64,000 nt of DNA from Macrostomum lignano (GCA_002269645.1 NIVC01001600.1:124001-188000), one strand, 5' to 3'; numbered from the stretch's first letter, positions 48,671-61,590 are shown. Notes: generated from the sequence alone by a model not told the origin. Made by a program: numbers and translations.

Positions 48671-49364
48671 CATCTCATTGCACTACTTATATCTGAATAT
48701 ACGCTCGTAATGAGCTTACCATCTAAAAGCAAAGAACTTTAAGCCATGCAGAACTGCAGTCAAAGAAAATTATGAATTAATGTTGTAAATCTTAACATCT
48801 TGCTTGCCATTAAATGCACAGCAATTATAACAGGCATGGCGACGCGTGACTGCTTGCTTGGCGTTGGCGCCTGCTTTTATAAGGCAAAGGCGACGTTGAG
48901 ACTTCTGAAAATTAATTGGTGCAATAATTGTATTGGTATAATGTTGTAAAGAACGTTCGTATGAATGTATACACCACACGGTTTAGTTAGTAATCAAATT
49001 TCCCAGAGTGCAGTGGGGAGTATGTACATGTTGTCTCCAGTAAGTCTGCCGCTAATAATTGATAAAACGATTTATAAATACAAATACGACTTGACTTAAT
49101 AAACGATCCAGCCAGTCATTCAGGCGACAGTCTAGTGAAAGTCAACAAAAAAAATAATGTAATAAAATAAGTTTATATAATTGGCAATTAAGTTTGAGTT
49201 TGAGTTTGAGCTTGTAAAAGATCTTGCAAATGCACGTATGCAGAACATTTACACTTTGGTGGATTAAATTAAACGCCCTTAATTAATAATTAACAGGTAA
49301 ACTGTTATAACTGTGCATGGATCCCTTAGGCTCTGTGCTAGCTTCCTCTCATATTCCACCTTCA

Positions 49365-50075
49365 CAATCTCTATCTATACCCTCTATATATACTCTCCGC
49401 TCTCTCCCAACTTTACCCTTTCTATCTACCCTCCGCTCTCTTCCAACTTTACCCTCTCTATCTATCCTCCGCTCTCTCCAAACTTTACCCTCTCTATCTA
49501 TCCTCCGCTCTCTTCCAACTTTACCCTCTCTATCTATACCCTCCGCTCTCTCCCAACTTTACCCTCTCTATCTATACCCTCCGCTCTCTCCCAACTTTAC
49601 TCTCTCTATCTACACCCTCCGCTCTCTCCCAACTTTACCCTCTTTATCTATACCCTCCGCTCTCTTCCAACTTTACCCTCTCTATCTATACCCTCCGCTC
49701 TCTCCCAACTTTACCCTCTCTATCTATACCCTCCGCTCTCTCCCAACTTTACCCTTTTTATCTATACCCTCCGCTCTCTTGCAACTTTACCCTCTCTATC
49801 TATACCCTCCGCTCTCTCCCAACTTTACCCTCTCTATCTATACCCTCCGCTCTCTCCCAACTTTACCCTCTCTATCTATACCCTCCGCTCTCTCCCAACT
49901 TTACCCTCTCTATCTATACCCTCCGCTCTCTCCCAACTTTGCCCTCTCTATCTATACCCTCCGCTCTCTTCCAACTTTACCCTCTCTATCTATACCCTCC
50001 GCTCTCTTCCAACTTTACCCTCTTTATCTATACCCTCCGCTCTCTCTCAACTTTACCTACTCTATCTACCCTCAG
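49365..50075. repeat. 38-bp minisatellite CTCTCTATCTATACCCTCCGCTCTCTCCCAACTTTACC
   Basis: About 18 copies. Confidence 0.97.
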
Positions 50076-51029
50076 CTCTCTGCCTGTCTGCACAGACACA
50101 GAGTGAATTATTTTGTTTCAACACCACATCAAAGGAAGCCGAACAGGGCACGCACTGGTGTTAAAGATCGAAGAAGAAAAAAAGGCCAAATAAAATAACA
50201 AATAGAGAACAGAATGTGATATATGGAATACATAGAATCTGCTGAAAAAAATGCAAAACCCACCCCCTCTGTCCGCCCATGCAGATCTTGAGCGCGGAAG
50301 TTGTAAAATTTCAGTTGTTATATTCCATAACTTCGGCGGGTAAGAGAGCGAGTGTTTGTTTGAGTGCCGCGACACTATAGGATATATGGAGGGATGGCAC
50401 CCACATGCTGAGCAATTTCTGGCCTTCACTTTCATAGAGAAAGAGAATATTATATTTTTTGAGAAGCCTTCCCTTAGGTATAGTATAGGTAATTCTTATA
50501 TATGATATGAGCAGGGGGGGGGGCGACGAGAATAGAGCAGTTTTGTTTTTATTGACAGTGTTTTTAGGGTGGAGGAGTCGGGGTGTTGGCCTCTGCGAGG
50601 TTGTAAAATCGGCGCCCGCCCGCTTTGCCCTCTGCTTTGGCCGACCGGGGGCCCCGCACTCTGTCCGTGTGCGCCATAAAATCTGTCTTCGGTTTCATAT
50701 CAGCTCATTCACTCCGACTGACTGGTCCTTGCGGTCCGGGATATGGGCAGGGCCAGGCGGCCAAAAAGCCTGTCTGTCAGTCTCTTTTCACTTTCCTCAA
50801 CTTTTTTATCACTTGAAAGTCAAGCCTTATTTACCGTAGCTTGAGTTAGGTGCCTGCCTGGATTTATTTCTATGTTGGGTTTGTTTTCATTTTATTTGAT
50901 GCCCTAGAGAGTTCTGGGTATGACATTCTTATCCGGCTGCTTCAGTTCGGGATGGGACTTAGAGTTAGAGAGATTAGAGGACCGAGGGGTACTCAACTAG
51001 GGGACAGAGGCGTAGACACAAATCCGGGT

Positions 51030-51375
51030 AAAGAGAGGGGGTCAACTAAAAGAAAAGTTAGGACACAGGGGGGTCAAGTCAAAAGGGAGACCGGAGGGTC
51101 AACTCAAAGTTAGGACGCAGAGGGGGGGGGTCAAGTCAAAAGGGAGACCGGAGGGTCAACTCAAAGTTAGGACACAGGGGGGGGGGGTCAAGTCAAAAGG
51201 GAGACCGGAGGGTCAACTCAAAGTTAGGACGCAGAGGGGGGGTCAAGTCAAAAGGGAGACCGGAGGGTCAACTCAAAGTTAGGACGCAGAGGGGGGGGTC
51301 AAGTCAAAAGGGAGACCGGAGGGTCAACTCAAAGTTAGGACCCAGGGGGGGGGTCAAGTCAAAAGGGAGACCGCA
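51030..51375. repeat. ~57-bp G-rich repeat TTAGGACGCAGAG(G)nTCAAGTCAAAAGGGAGACCGGAGGGTCAACTCAAAG
   Basis: About 6 copies with variable G-runs. Confidence 0.93.
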
Positions 51376-52906
51376 GGGTCAGCTCACACTGTGAGTCCGC
51401 TTGTAAAGAGTTAATGGGTTCAACTGAACTTAAGGCTTGGTCATCTCCTAATTTTGACTTGCTATTGCAACCTGATCACTGTTATAAATACAATTTCACT
51501 CCATCGAATCTGTCAAATAGCTTATTGCATAAAAATAGGTTTAATGGAATTGACAAACGGAGAAATCTTCAACTTCAAGCAACCGATAAAAAAGATTGAA
51601 CCGTATGGAAGTTTGAAAATCATGAATAATCGGCGCTGCAAAAATGTCAGAAAGACCCAATTCCTTCGCTTCTTCTTGAGAGAGGGGGAATTAATCCCAA
51701 ACTGCGGAAAGAGGAAGTCTCCCTCACTTCCTCCCCTATCTCTTCCGTTCCGCAACTCTTCCCTGACTTCATCGCGACTCGCTAGCTCTCCATATCTCCC
51801 CTAGAAGCAGAGAGGCCCCTGCATGGCCCTGCTCTAAGAAAAGCTGCGAAAGCAGAAAAGGCAGAAATGTTTTTACGACCGCCTCGCGCGCAAAATGTCG
51901 TTCGGTGGGACGAACCTCCGGCTTGGGGGGTTGGGAAGGCTGAAATGGCCCGGCATACGGAGCCCTGCGCTGCGCAGCCAGTATTTTTAATGCCGCATTT
52001 ATTACCCTATGCCAGCTGCGCAGCGTTCTCTCCATCCCAGCCTATCTATTCCCTTTTCTGCCCTCCCCGGTCTCATCCCCCAAGAAAAGAAATCCCAAAA
52101 GGGCTTGGATTTTCCGTCGAGACTTTCAAGGTGAAACTGTTGTATAAATCGTACTACTCTACTGCAATAAAGTAGCATGTTACGACCACAGGAAAATTTA
52201 CCAAAGTTTGTCGCATAGTGTTAAATGAAGCGTTGTATTTTTGCACTTTGGACTTTAAAAATAACTATTCAGTAGCTATTTATTTCGTAGTTTTAATTTA
52301 GAAAATATATTCATATACTTTCAAAACAATTAAACGGCTTCAAAAACTATTCAGCTAATAAGAGTATAACTTAATTCATTCTATTTAGCTTACTTGAATT
52401 GTAACGGGCCTTGCTTTGGCTTAATTGGGTTTGTTATTAACTGAGACTTATTAAATAAGATTAGAGGAAGGTTTTGAGGAAAGTTCAAGGTCGATCGATT
52501 GCCCGCTTAAAAGGGTGGTTGCGTTGTTTACGACTAAGGAAAGGCCAAACGCGGTCGAATTTCCTTCCCTCTCCAGCCAGCCAGACCCCTCCCAGACGCG
52601 TAACCTCCAACCCCAATCAAAGCCCAGACAATCCAGCCCCACATCTACACCCACCCCAAAACCGAGCCTTATATTAGTACAGCCGGGGGGGGAGACTCTA
52701 AAATAGAACCGCAGTTCTAAAATAGTAGGGCCTTGTTATTGCAAGAAGTTTAAAAAAGATAAAGTCAATTGCAAACCTATTAAGCTGTAAATTTTAATCA
52801 TTTCACTGGAAATCTATATTAGCTTTCTATCGTGATCGTTATCTACGAAGGATCAGTTTGATAATATTTAATATTCATTTAAGCCAAGATAAGATAAATA
52901 TTGAGA

Positions 52907-55900
52907 ATGCAGAAAGCTAGCCAAGCCTTATCGGAAGTACAACAACAGGACAGTTTCAATCGACGACAGTACGACGCGGACAGGTGCAACTATGAGTACT
53001 ATTATGATCATGACTATGACTATTCACAGGTTCGGAATAGCGAAACCGATAACACCAATTCTGCAGTATCAACAACTTCAAGCGACAAAGAAGAGCATTC
53101 AGCAGACACGAATAACAATAGATATTACTACGATTATACAATTAATAGCTGGAAAAACAATAATTATTGGAAAACAATGGCCGTGATGGAGTCGCACGCT
53201 ACACCAACTGGCCTGTTTGCCGGCTATCCAACGCAGCAGGACACTCGGGCTGCCTACACTTGGCCACCACCGCCGGCGCCGCATCATGGCTACGGCATCA
53301 CGGACACTCCTATGCATCACCAACAGCAGCAGCAGCAGCATCTGCACCAGGGCCACCACCAGCTTCATCCTCAGCATTACGGTTTTGGAGGCCCAGTTAA
53401 GTCCGTCAGTCCGCCGCCTCCGCACGGCTGCTATGCCGCATTCGCCAGTCCATCATCTGTCAGTGTCAGTATGGCCCAGATGCAATGCGCGGACTTTGCG
53501 TTCAGTCACGTGACCGGCTTCTCCAATAACAACAGTAGCAATAGCAACAATAGCCAGCAGGCTCAGCACCAACATCTGCAAGGATTTTCGCCAAATTCGC
53601 AGCAGCAAAGGTAGGGATTTTTATCTCGCTTAACTGCTATTCACTCTGTCCGACTCTTTGTTTTCTGACTCTCCACCTGACTTTACTCTTCATTCTGTTA
53701 CTCCCATTTGAGCAGACACTCGGAGCTCTACATGAGCCGAGCCAGCCACCAATCGAATCCCTATGCCAGCATGTTCGGACCGGCGGCCCATGATATCATG
53801 CTGCCACCCAGGTCGTCAGCGGCGGCTGCCGCGGCGGCTGCTGCAGCGGCAGCGGCGGCGGCGGCAGCGGCGGCCCATCATCACCAGCATCAGCATGAAG
53901 ATGAGACAGTGCAACAGCAGCAGCAGCAATTGCTGGCTTCAGACGATTCCGAGTGCATTAGTTCAGGTGAGTGAGATTGAGTTTAGAATTAGACTATTGA
54001 ATAATCCTCAAATTCAATTTCAAGATCCCATCCTGTGGGAAGAATCCTCAAATTGAACATCCGTCCTGTGGGAAGAATCCTCAAATTGAAGATCCCATCC
54101 TGTGGGAAGAATCCTCGAATTGAAGATCCCATCCTATGAGTAGAACCCCTCAAAGTGAAGATCCCATCTTATGGGTAGAACCCCTCAAATTGAAGATCCC
54201 ATCCTGTGGGAAGAATCCTCAAATTGAAGATCCCATCTTGTGGAAAGAATCCTCAAATTGTAAATCCCATCCTGTGGGAATAATCCTCAAATTGAAGATC
54301 CCATCTTATGGGTAGAACCCCTCAAAGTGAAGATCCCATCCTATGAGTAGAACCCCTCAAAGTGAAGATCCCATCCTATGAGTAGAACCCCTCAAAGTGA
54401 AGATCCCATCCTATGGGTAGAACCCCTTAAATTGAAGATCCCATCCTGTGGGTAGAACCCCTTAAATTGAAGATCCCATCCCGTGGGTAGAACCCCTCAA
54501 ATTGAAGATCCCATCCTGTGGGTAGAACCCCTCAAATTGAAGATCCCATCCTGTGGGTAGAACCCCTCAAACTGAAGATCCCATCCTATGGGTAGAACCC
54601 CTTAAATTGAAGATCCCATCCCGTGGGTAGAACCCCTCAAATTGAAGATCCCATCCTGTGGGTAGAACCCCTCAAATTGAAGATCCCATCCTGTGGGTAG
54701 AACCCCTCAAACTGAAGATCCCATCCTATGGGTAGAACCCCTTAAATTGAAGATCCCATCCCGTGGGTAGAACCCCTCAAATTGAAGATCCCATCCTGTG
54801 GGAAGAATCCTCAAATTGAAGATCCCATCTTATGGGTAGAACCCCTCAAAGTGAAGATCCCATCCCGTGGGTAGAACCCCTCAAATTGAAGATCCCATCC
54901 TGTGGGAAGAATCCTCAAATTGAAGATCCCATCTTATGGGTAGAACCCCTCAAAGTGAAGATCCCATCCTATGAGTAGAACCCCTCAAAGTGAAGATCCC
55001 ATCCTATGGGTAGAACCCCTTAAATTGAAGATCCCATCCTGTGGGTAGAACCCCTCAAATTGAAGATCCCATCCTGTGGGAAGAATCCTCAAATTGAAGA
55101 TCCCATCTTATGGGTAGAACCCCTCAAAGTGAAGATCCCATCCTATGAGTAGAACCCCTCAAAGTGAAGATCCCATCCTATGGGTAGAACCCCTTAAATT
55201 GAAGATCCCATCCTGTGGGTAGAACCCCTCAAATTGAAGATCCCATCCCGTGGGTAGAACCCCTTAAATTGAAGATCCCATCCCGTGGGTAGAACCCCTC
55301 AAATTGAAGATCCCATCCTGTGGGAAGAATCCTCAAATTGAAGATCCCATCTTATGGGTAGAACCCTCAAAGTGAAGATCCCATCCTATGAGTAGAACCC
55401 CTCAAAGTGAAGATCCCATCCTATGGGTAGAACCCCTTAAATTGAAGATCCCATCCTGTGGGTAGAACCCCTCAAATTGAAGATCCCATCCTGTGGGAAG
55501 AATCCTCAAATTGAAGATCCCATCTTATGGGTAGAACCCCTCAAAGTGAAGATCCCATCCTATGAGTAGAACCCCTCAAAGTGAAGATCCCATCCTATGG
55601 GTAGAACCCCTTAAATTGAAGATCCCATCCTGTGGGTAGAACCCCTCAAATTGAAGATCCCATCCCGTGGGTAGAACCCCTTAAATTGAAGATCCCATCC
55701 CGTGGGTAGAACCCCTCAAATTGAAGATCCCATCCTGTGGGAAGAATCCTCAAATTGAAGATCCCATCCTGTGGGTAGAACCCCTCAAATTGAAGATCCC
55801 ATCCCGTGGGTAGAACCCCTTAAATTGAAGATCCCATCCCGTGGGTAGAACCCCTCAAATTGAAGATCCCATCCTGTGGGAAGAATCCTCAAATTGAAGA

Positions 55901-58150
55901 TCCCATCTTATGGGTAGAACCCCTCAAAGTGAAGATCCCATCCTATGAGTAGAACCCCTCAAAGTGAAGATCCCATCCTATGAGTAGAACCCCTCAAAGT
56001 GAAGATCCCATCCTATGGGTAGAACCCCTTAAATTGAAGATCCCATCCTGTGGGTAGAACCCCTCAAATTGAAGATCCCATCCTGTGGGAAGAATCCTCA
56101 AATTGAAGATCCCATCTTATGGGTAGAACCCCTCAAAGTGAAGATCCCATCCTATGAGTAGAACCCCTCAAAGTGAAGATCCCATCCTATGGGTAGAACC
56201 CCTTAAATTGAAGATCCCATCCTGTGGGTAGAACCCCTCAAATTGAAGATCCCATCCCGTGGGTAGAACCCCTTAAATTGAAGATCCCATCCCGTGGGTA
56301 GAACCCCTCAAATTGAAGATCCCATCCTGTGGGAAGAATCCTCAAATTGAAGATCCCATCTTATGGGTAGAACCCCTCAAAGTGAAGATCCCATCCTATG
56401 AGTAGAACCCCTCAAAGTGAAGATCCCATCCTATGGGTAGAACCCTTTAAATTGAAGATCCCATCCTGTGGGTAGAACCCCTCAAATTGAAGATCCCATC
56501 CTGTGGGAAGAATCCTCAAATTGAAAATCCCATCTTATGGGTAGAACCCCTCAAAGTGAAGATCCCATCCTATGAGTAGAACCCCTCAAAGTGAAGATCC
56601 CATCCTATGGGTAGAACCCCTTAAATTGAAGATCCCATCCCGTGGGTAGAACCCCTCAAATTGAAGATCCCATCCTGTGGGAAGAATCCTCAAATTGAAG
56701 ATCCCATCCTGTGGGTAGAACCCCTCAAATTGAAGATCCCATCCCGTGGGTAGAACCCCTTAAATTGAAGATCCCATCCCGTGGGTAGAACCCCTTAAAT
56801 TGAAGATCCCATCCCGTGGGTAGAACCCCTTAAATTGAAGATCCCATCCTGTGGGAAGAATGCTTATCTTTTGAAGAATTTCATTCTAATAAACATTTAT
56901 TACTATATCACTATTATACTACTTATCGTTCAATGCTTGTCAGTAGTATGATCACTAAGCAAAAAAACTCAATTCGCCCTCGTTCAGTTCGCAGCCGAAA
57001 GAAGCGCAAGCCGTACACAAGGTACCAGACGGCCATGCTGGAACGGGAATTCGTCAGCAATGCTTACATTACTCGACAGAAACGTTGGGAGATTTCCTGC
57101 CAGCTGCATCTCACTGAGAGACAGGTTGGTTTAGATTTCTTGCAATTTTAATATCACCTCGGATGATTGATCGGGATTTCGGTGGGATTTTATTAAAAGA
57201 GATAACGGAGAGATTTTAGAGAGATTCCAGAGAGACGTCAGGGAGATTTCAATGAGATCTTAGGAATATTTCAGGGAGACTTCAGGGATATTTCAGTGAG
57301 AGCTTAGGAATATTTTAGGGAGATTTTAGGAGGATTTCAGGGAGATTTCAGGAAGATTTCAGGGAGATTTCAGGAAGAATTCAGGGAGACTTCAGAAGGA
57401 TTTCAGGGAGATTTCAGGAAGATTTCAGGGAGATTTCAGGGAGATTTCAGAAGGATTTCAGGGAGATTTCAGAAGGATTTCAGGGAGATTTCAGAAGGAT
57501 TTCAGGGAGATTTCAGGAGGATTTCAGGGAGATTTCAGAAGGATTTCAGGGAGATTTCAGAAGGATTTCAGGGAGATTTCAGGAGGATTTCAGAGAGATT
57601 TCAGAAGGATTTCAGAGAGATTTCAGAAGGATTTCAGGGAGATTTCAGGGGGATTTCCAGATGATTCCAGTGGCATCTATGAATAGTTTTAACAAATTAT
57701 CCCCATCCGAGTTTCCCAATCGCAATTCCCGGGCAGGTGAAAGTTTGGTTCCAAAACCGTCGAATGAAGCGCAAGAAGCTGCAAAGCAGATCGACTGGCA
57801 CTCGGTCTGCCGCCGCGGCCGGGGGCAGCAACAGCAACGAATATCCGGACTACAACGAGGACAGCTCCTCCGCTGCCGGAGCTTCTTCGGCTGTAGCGGC
57901 AGTCGCTGCAGCTGCCGCCGCCGCGGCCGCCTCGGAGAGCTCGGCTCCGACAATGATGCACCAGCAGCATCAGCACCTGCTGCATCGTCTGTCGATGCAG
58001 TGCCACGCCGCGGCCGTCACCACCGCGCCCCAGGCATTCGGCGTCAATGTTAAGCAGGAACAGCTGCAGCAGCAGCAGCAGCAGGGGTCACTGGCACCAG
58101 CACTGGACCTCACCGGAGGATCTGCTGCTATCTGCGGAACTCGCCTGTAG
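52907..58150 (+). CDS. Post2: Posterior Hox protein of the Post2 class; exons 52907 (or 53177)-53610, 53716-53966, 56988-57124, 57737-58150
   Basis: The homeodomain RKKRKPYTRYQTAMLEREFVSNAYITRQKRWEISCQLHLTERQ|VKVWFQNRRMKRKK carries the Post2 signatures YTRYQT and ITRQKRWEISC. A phase-0 intron lies between homeodomain Q44 and V45. All introns are GT-AG and phase-compatible. The start codon and the exon 2/3 junction are ambiguous. Confidence 0.9.
54005..56860. repeat. 35-bp satellite AAA(T/G)TGAAGATCCCATCCTGTGGGTAGAACCCCTC (~80 copies) in Post2 intron 2
   Basis: Tandem array with recurring variant blocks. Confidence 0.97.
57230..57660. repeat. 11-bp repeat GGGAGATTTCA / GAAGGATTTCA in the Post2 homeobox intron
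   Basis: Tandem array with about 30 TTTCAG hexamers. Confidence 0.95.
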
Positions 58151-58265
58151 CATCCTATACCTCTAATTTGCTTTCGTGCGCATCTGCTTTTAATATTTGA
58201 CCCAAGCACAGCTGCTAGCAAAGAAAGTTTTGTCGTTGGTTTTCACGCAGCTTTGCAGTCTTCTG

Positions 58266-58271
58266 AATAAA
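58266..58271 (+). terminator. Candidate Post2 polyadenylation signal AATAAA
   Basis: First AATAAA after the stop codon at 58150. Confidence 0.55.
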
Positions 58272-58344
58272 ATCGCCTCGGCATCATCAAGCCATTCCTT
58301 TAGGTTAGGTTCTAAACTGTTTTATTGGTTAGAATTAGAATCTC

Positions 58345-59065
58345 TTCAATAAGAATCGCCCCTCAGCCATCAGTAAGAATCGCCCCTCAGTCATCAATAA
58401 GAATCGCCCCTCAGCCATTAATGATAATCGCCCCTCAGCCATAAAAAGAATCGCCCCTCAGCCATAAAAAAGAATCGCCCCTCAGCCATCAATAAGAATC
58501 GCCCCTCAGTCATCAATAAGAATCGCCCCTCAGCCATTAATGATAATCGCCCCTCAGCCATAAAAAGAATCGCCCCTCAGCCATAAAAAAGAATCGCCCC
58601 TCAGCCATCAATAAGAATCGCCCCTCAGCCATCAATAAGAATCGCCCCTCAGCCATTAATGATAATCGCCCCTCAGCCATCAAAAAGAATCGCCCCTCAG
58701 CCATCAATAAGAATCGCCCCTCAGCCATCAATAAGAATCGCCCCTTAGCCATCAATGAGAATCGCCCCTTAGCCATCAATGAGAATCGCCCCTTAGCCAT
58801 CAATAAGAATCGCCACTCAGCCATCAATAAGAATCGCCCCTCAGCCATCAATAAGAATCGCCCCTTAGCCATCAATGAGAATCGCCCCTTAGCCATCAAT
58901 AAGAATCGCCCCTCAGCCATCAATAAGAATCGCCACTCAGCCATCAATAAGAATCGCCCCTCAGCCATCAATAAGAATCGCCCCTCAGCCATAAAAAAGA
59001 ATCGCCCCTCAGCCATCAAAAAGAATCGCCCCTCAGCCATCAATAAGAATCGCCCCTCAGCCATA
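58345..59065. repeat. 24-bp minisatellite AATAAGAATCGCCCCTCAGCCATC
   Basis: About 30 copies just downstream of Post2. Confidence 0.97.
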
Positions 59066-59374
59066 AAAAAAATCTTTTTTGACCAACTTTTTTGACAACA
59101 TTGAGCCAATCAATGCAGGAGATGACATAATTCAAGTGTATTTACGAGCTGAAATCGTAATATTTTTTTGAACGAAAGGTTTTTTGCGACTTAAATTGAT
59201 ATGACGTGGACCGATCAATTTTTGTTGTTTTGCAGTTTGCGCGTTGCTTTTACATACTTGCGCAACATAATATCTTTTTTAGTTCTGTTTTAATCGTGCA
59301 AAAAGCAATGCAAAATTTGACCTTTTTTTCTAGGTTGCTAAAATATCAGCGCGGTGTTTTAAGGGTGTGAGATG

Positions 59375-59640
59375 TAAGGTGAGATTTGAGAGCTGGGTAT
59401 TCTGAGTGTGAGATATAGGGTGAGATTTGAGAGCTGGGTATTCTGAGTGTGAGATATAGGGTGAGATTTGAGAGCTGGGTATTCTGAGTGTGAGATCTAG
59501 GGTGAGATTTGAGAGCTGGGTATTCTGAGCGTGAGATCTAGGGTGAGATTTGAGAGCTGGGTATTCTGAGCGTGAGATCTAGGGTGAGATTCGAGAGCTG
59601 GGTATTCTGAGTGTGAGATCTAGGGTGAGATTAGAGAACT
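59375..59640. repeat. 41-bp repeat GGGTGAGATTTGAGAGCTGGGTATTCTGAGTGTGAGATCTA
   Basis: About 6 copies. Confidence 0.95.
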
Positions 59641-60271
59641 GAGATGCGCAGCCATACTATAGGTGGCAGAACAAACTGAATAATTTTAACCAATCATTTC
59701 TGATATTACACCGCCATTTCATTGTCGTGTTCAGCTTTACATCATCTTAAAAAATAGTATTTCCTGCGAAATGCATATCTTTGACTCCTTACTATTAACA
59801 GTAGATTGGCTGAGATACAAGTTGAATCAGCTTTTCGGCTTTATAATCCAAGCAACTAATAGCTACAGCAAGGCCTATTTTAAGCTAAAATGTACTTTTT
59901 ATACTCTACTGACTGGACAAGTTGGAGTGCATGTTTTTTGCGCCAAATTGCAAGTAGAGCATAGTCGGAAAAGTTGTCTAAGAACAAATATAAATATATA
60001 TATACAATCTGTAATACAGTGCAATCATTCTCTCATTGATAAGATGAGGAACTCCAGTCTCTTTCATTATTTTGCTGCATCAAGTAGGCAGTTGGGAAAT
60101 TTGCTGGGTTGCTTTAATAAATTCAATATATATTTTTTATGGTTTAAAACAAATATAACACACTGTGCTCGCTACATACTACTATTGTTACAACATAGCA
60201 GTAGAGATAGAAGAAAATTTGATTAAAAAACTGGACAAAGGAACGCAAAATATATGATAAAATAGAGAGCC

Positions 60272-60420
60272 ATAAGCATAAATTGATTTTTTTCATTCAA
60301 CAGAAAAATAGCATAGCGAACTCGAGAATAAACCAAGCAACCAGATAAGCATAAATTGATTTTTTTCATTCAACAGAAAAATAGCATAGCGAACTCGAGA
60401 ATAAACCAAGCAACCAGATA
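60272..60420. repeat. 73-bp tandem duplication (2 copies)
   Basis: ATAAGCATAAATTGATTTT...AAGCAACCAG starts at 60272 and 60345. Confidence 0.9.
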
Positions 60421-61019
60421 ATAAATCATTCAGTTGCCATCAGAAGCGAAACAATTCAAATCTGATGGAGCTGAATAAGCAGATCGATTAAACAAATATT
60501 GAAACTGAGGACAACTAAGTACTCGTAAAATCAATAGTAATTAAAAATTTAATGATTCAAGTTTCAGCTGCTGCCAACACAAAACCAATCAATAAATAGG
60601 ACACTATAGTTTATTGTATAGATATTTTTAGCGACAATCAAAGACGCACAGCAAGCCGGTTAAACAAAATTTAAACTTTGATTCACTTTTCAAATTTAAT
60701 GTCATACGAAACATTGTGATTAGCTATACTATAAAAACGCAAATAACACTACTCACAGTAAGATAACGTAGCAGCAAAAAAAGGAAGGGAACAATAAATA
60801 AACAACAATAAAAATTATTTTAGAAAAAACGGCAAAAAAGTTATAAACACAGTTTGTACTTTTTATTAAACTAGAAAACGAACGAACGCCACGTCGATAA
60901 GTCAAAAAGATCAACTTGTCAATCAATTTAAAAAAACTGTTCAAAGAGCAACTAATATTATAACAAATATTTAATCGCTAACTTAGCCCAGTGTAAATCG
61001 ATTGATAAAACTTACTGAT

Positions 61020-61488
61020 GAATCGATCAAATCAATCAGTGGATTGATCAACCAATAAGTCAACCAAACAACCAATCAACCTATCAATCAGTTAATTATC
61101 GACCTATCAATCAATCAATCAATGAATTGATCAACCAACCAATCAATCTATCAACCAATCAATCAATCAATTAATTGATCAATCAATCAATCAATCAATC
61201 AACCAATCAACAATCCAATCAATCAACCTATCAATCAATCAATTAATTAATCAACCAATCAACCAACCAATCAATCTATCAACCAATCAATCAATCAATT
61301 AATTGATCAACCAATCAATCAATCAATCAACCAATCAACAATCCAATCAATCAACCTATCAATCAATCAATTAATTAATCAACCAACCAATCAATCTATC
61401 AACCAATCAATCAGCCTATCAATCAATCAATAAATTGATCAACCAATCAATCAATCAACCAATTAATCAACTGATCAACCAATCAACC

Positions 61489-61523
<35 letters not shown>

Positions 61524-61590
61524 GAATTGATCAACCAATCAATCAACCGATCAAGTGACAAGCAGATAAAAATCAATCAATCAACCAACA
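61020..61590. repeat. Degenerate (TCAA)n microsatellite
   Basis: Directly visible; lies in the presumed SREBP 3' region. Confidence 0.93.

Noticed and set aside
52907-53176. Asn/Tyr/Asp-rich N-terminal 90 aa of Post2 as a definite coding segment
   Set aside because: It is in frame but AT-rich and unlike the GC-rich codons after ATG 53177; it may be 5' UTR. Left unresolved.
11912-58150. ARNT, the eRF1-like gene and Post2 all end in TAG, hinting at UGA avoidance
   Set aside because: The sample is too small, and the SREBP exon ends in TGA.
50000-60000. Hox-associated microRNAs (miR-10, iab-4/miR-196 types) near Post2
   Set aside because: I saw no matching mature sequence on reading; a formal search would be needed to exclude divergent ones.
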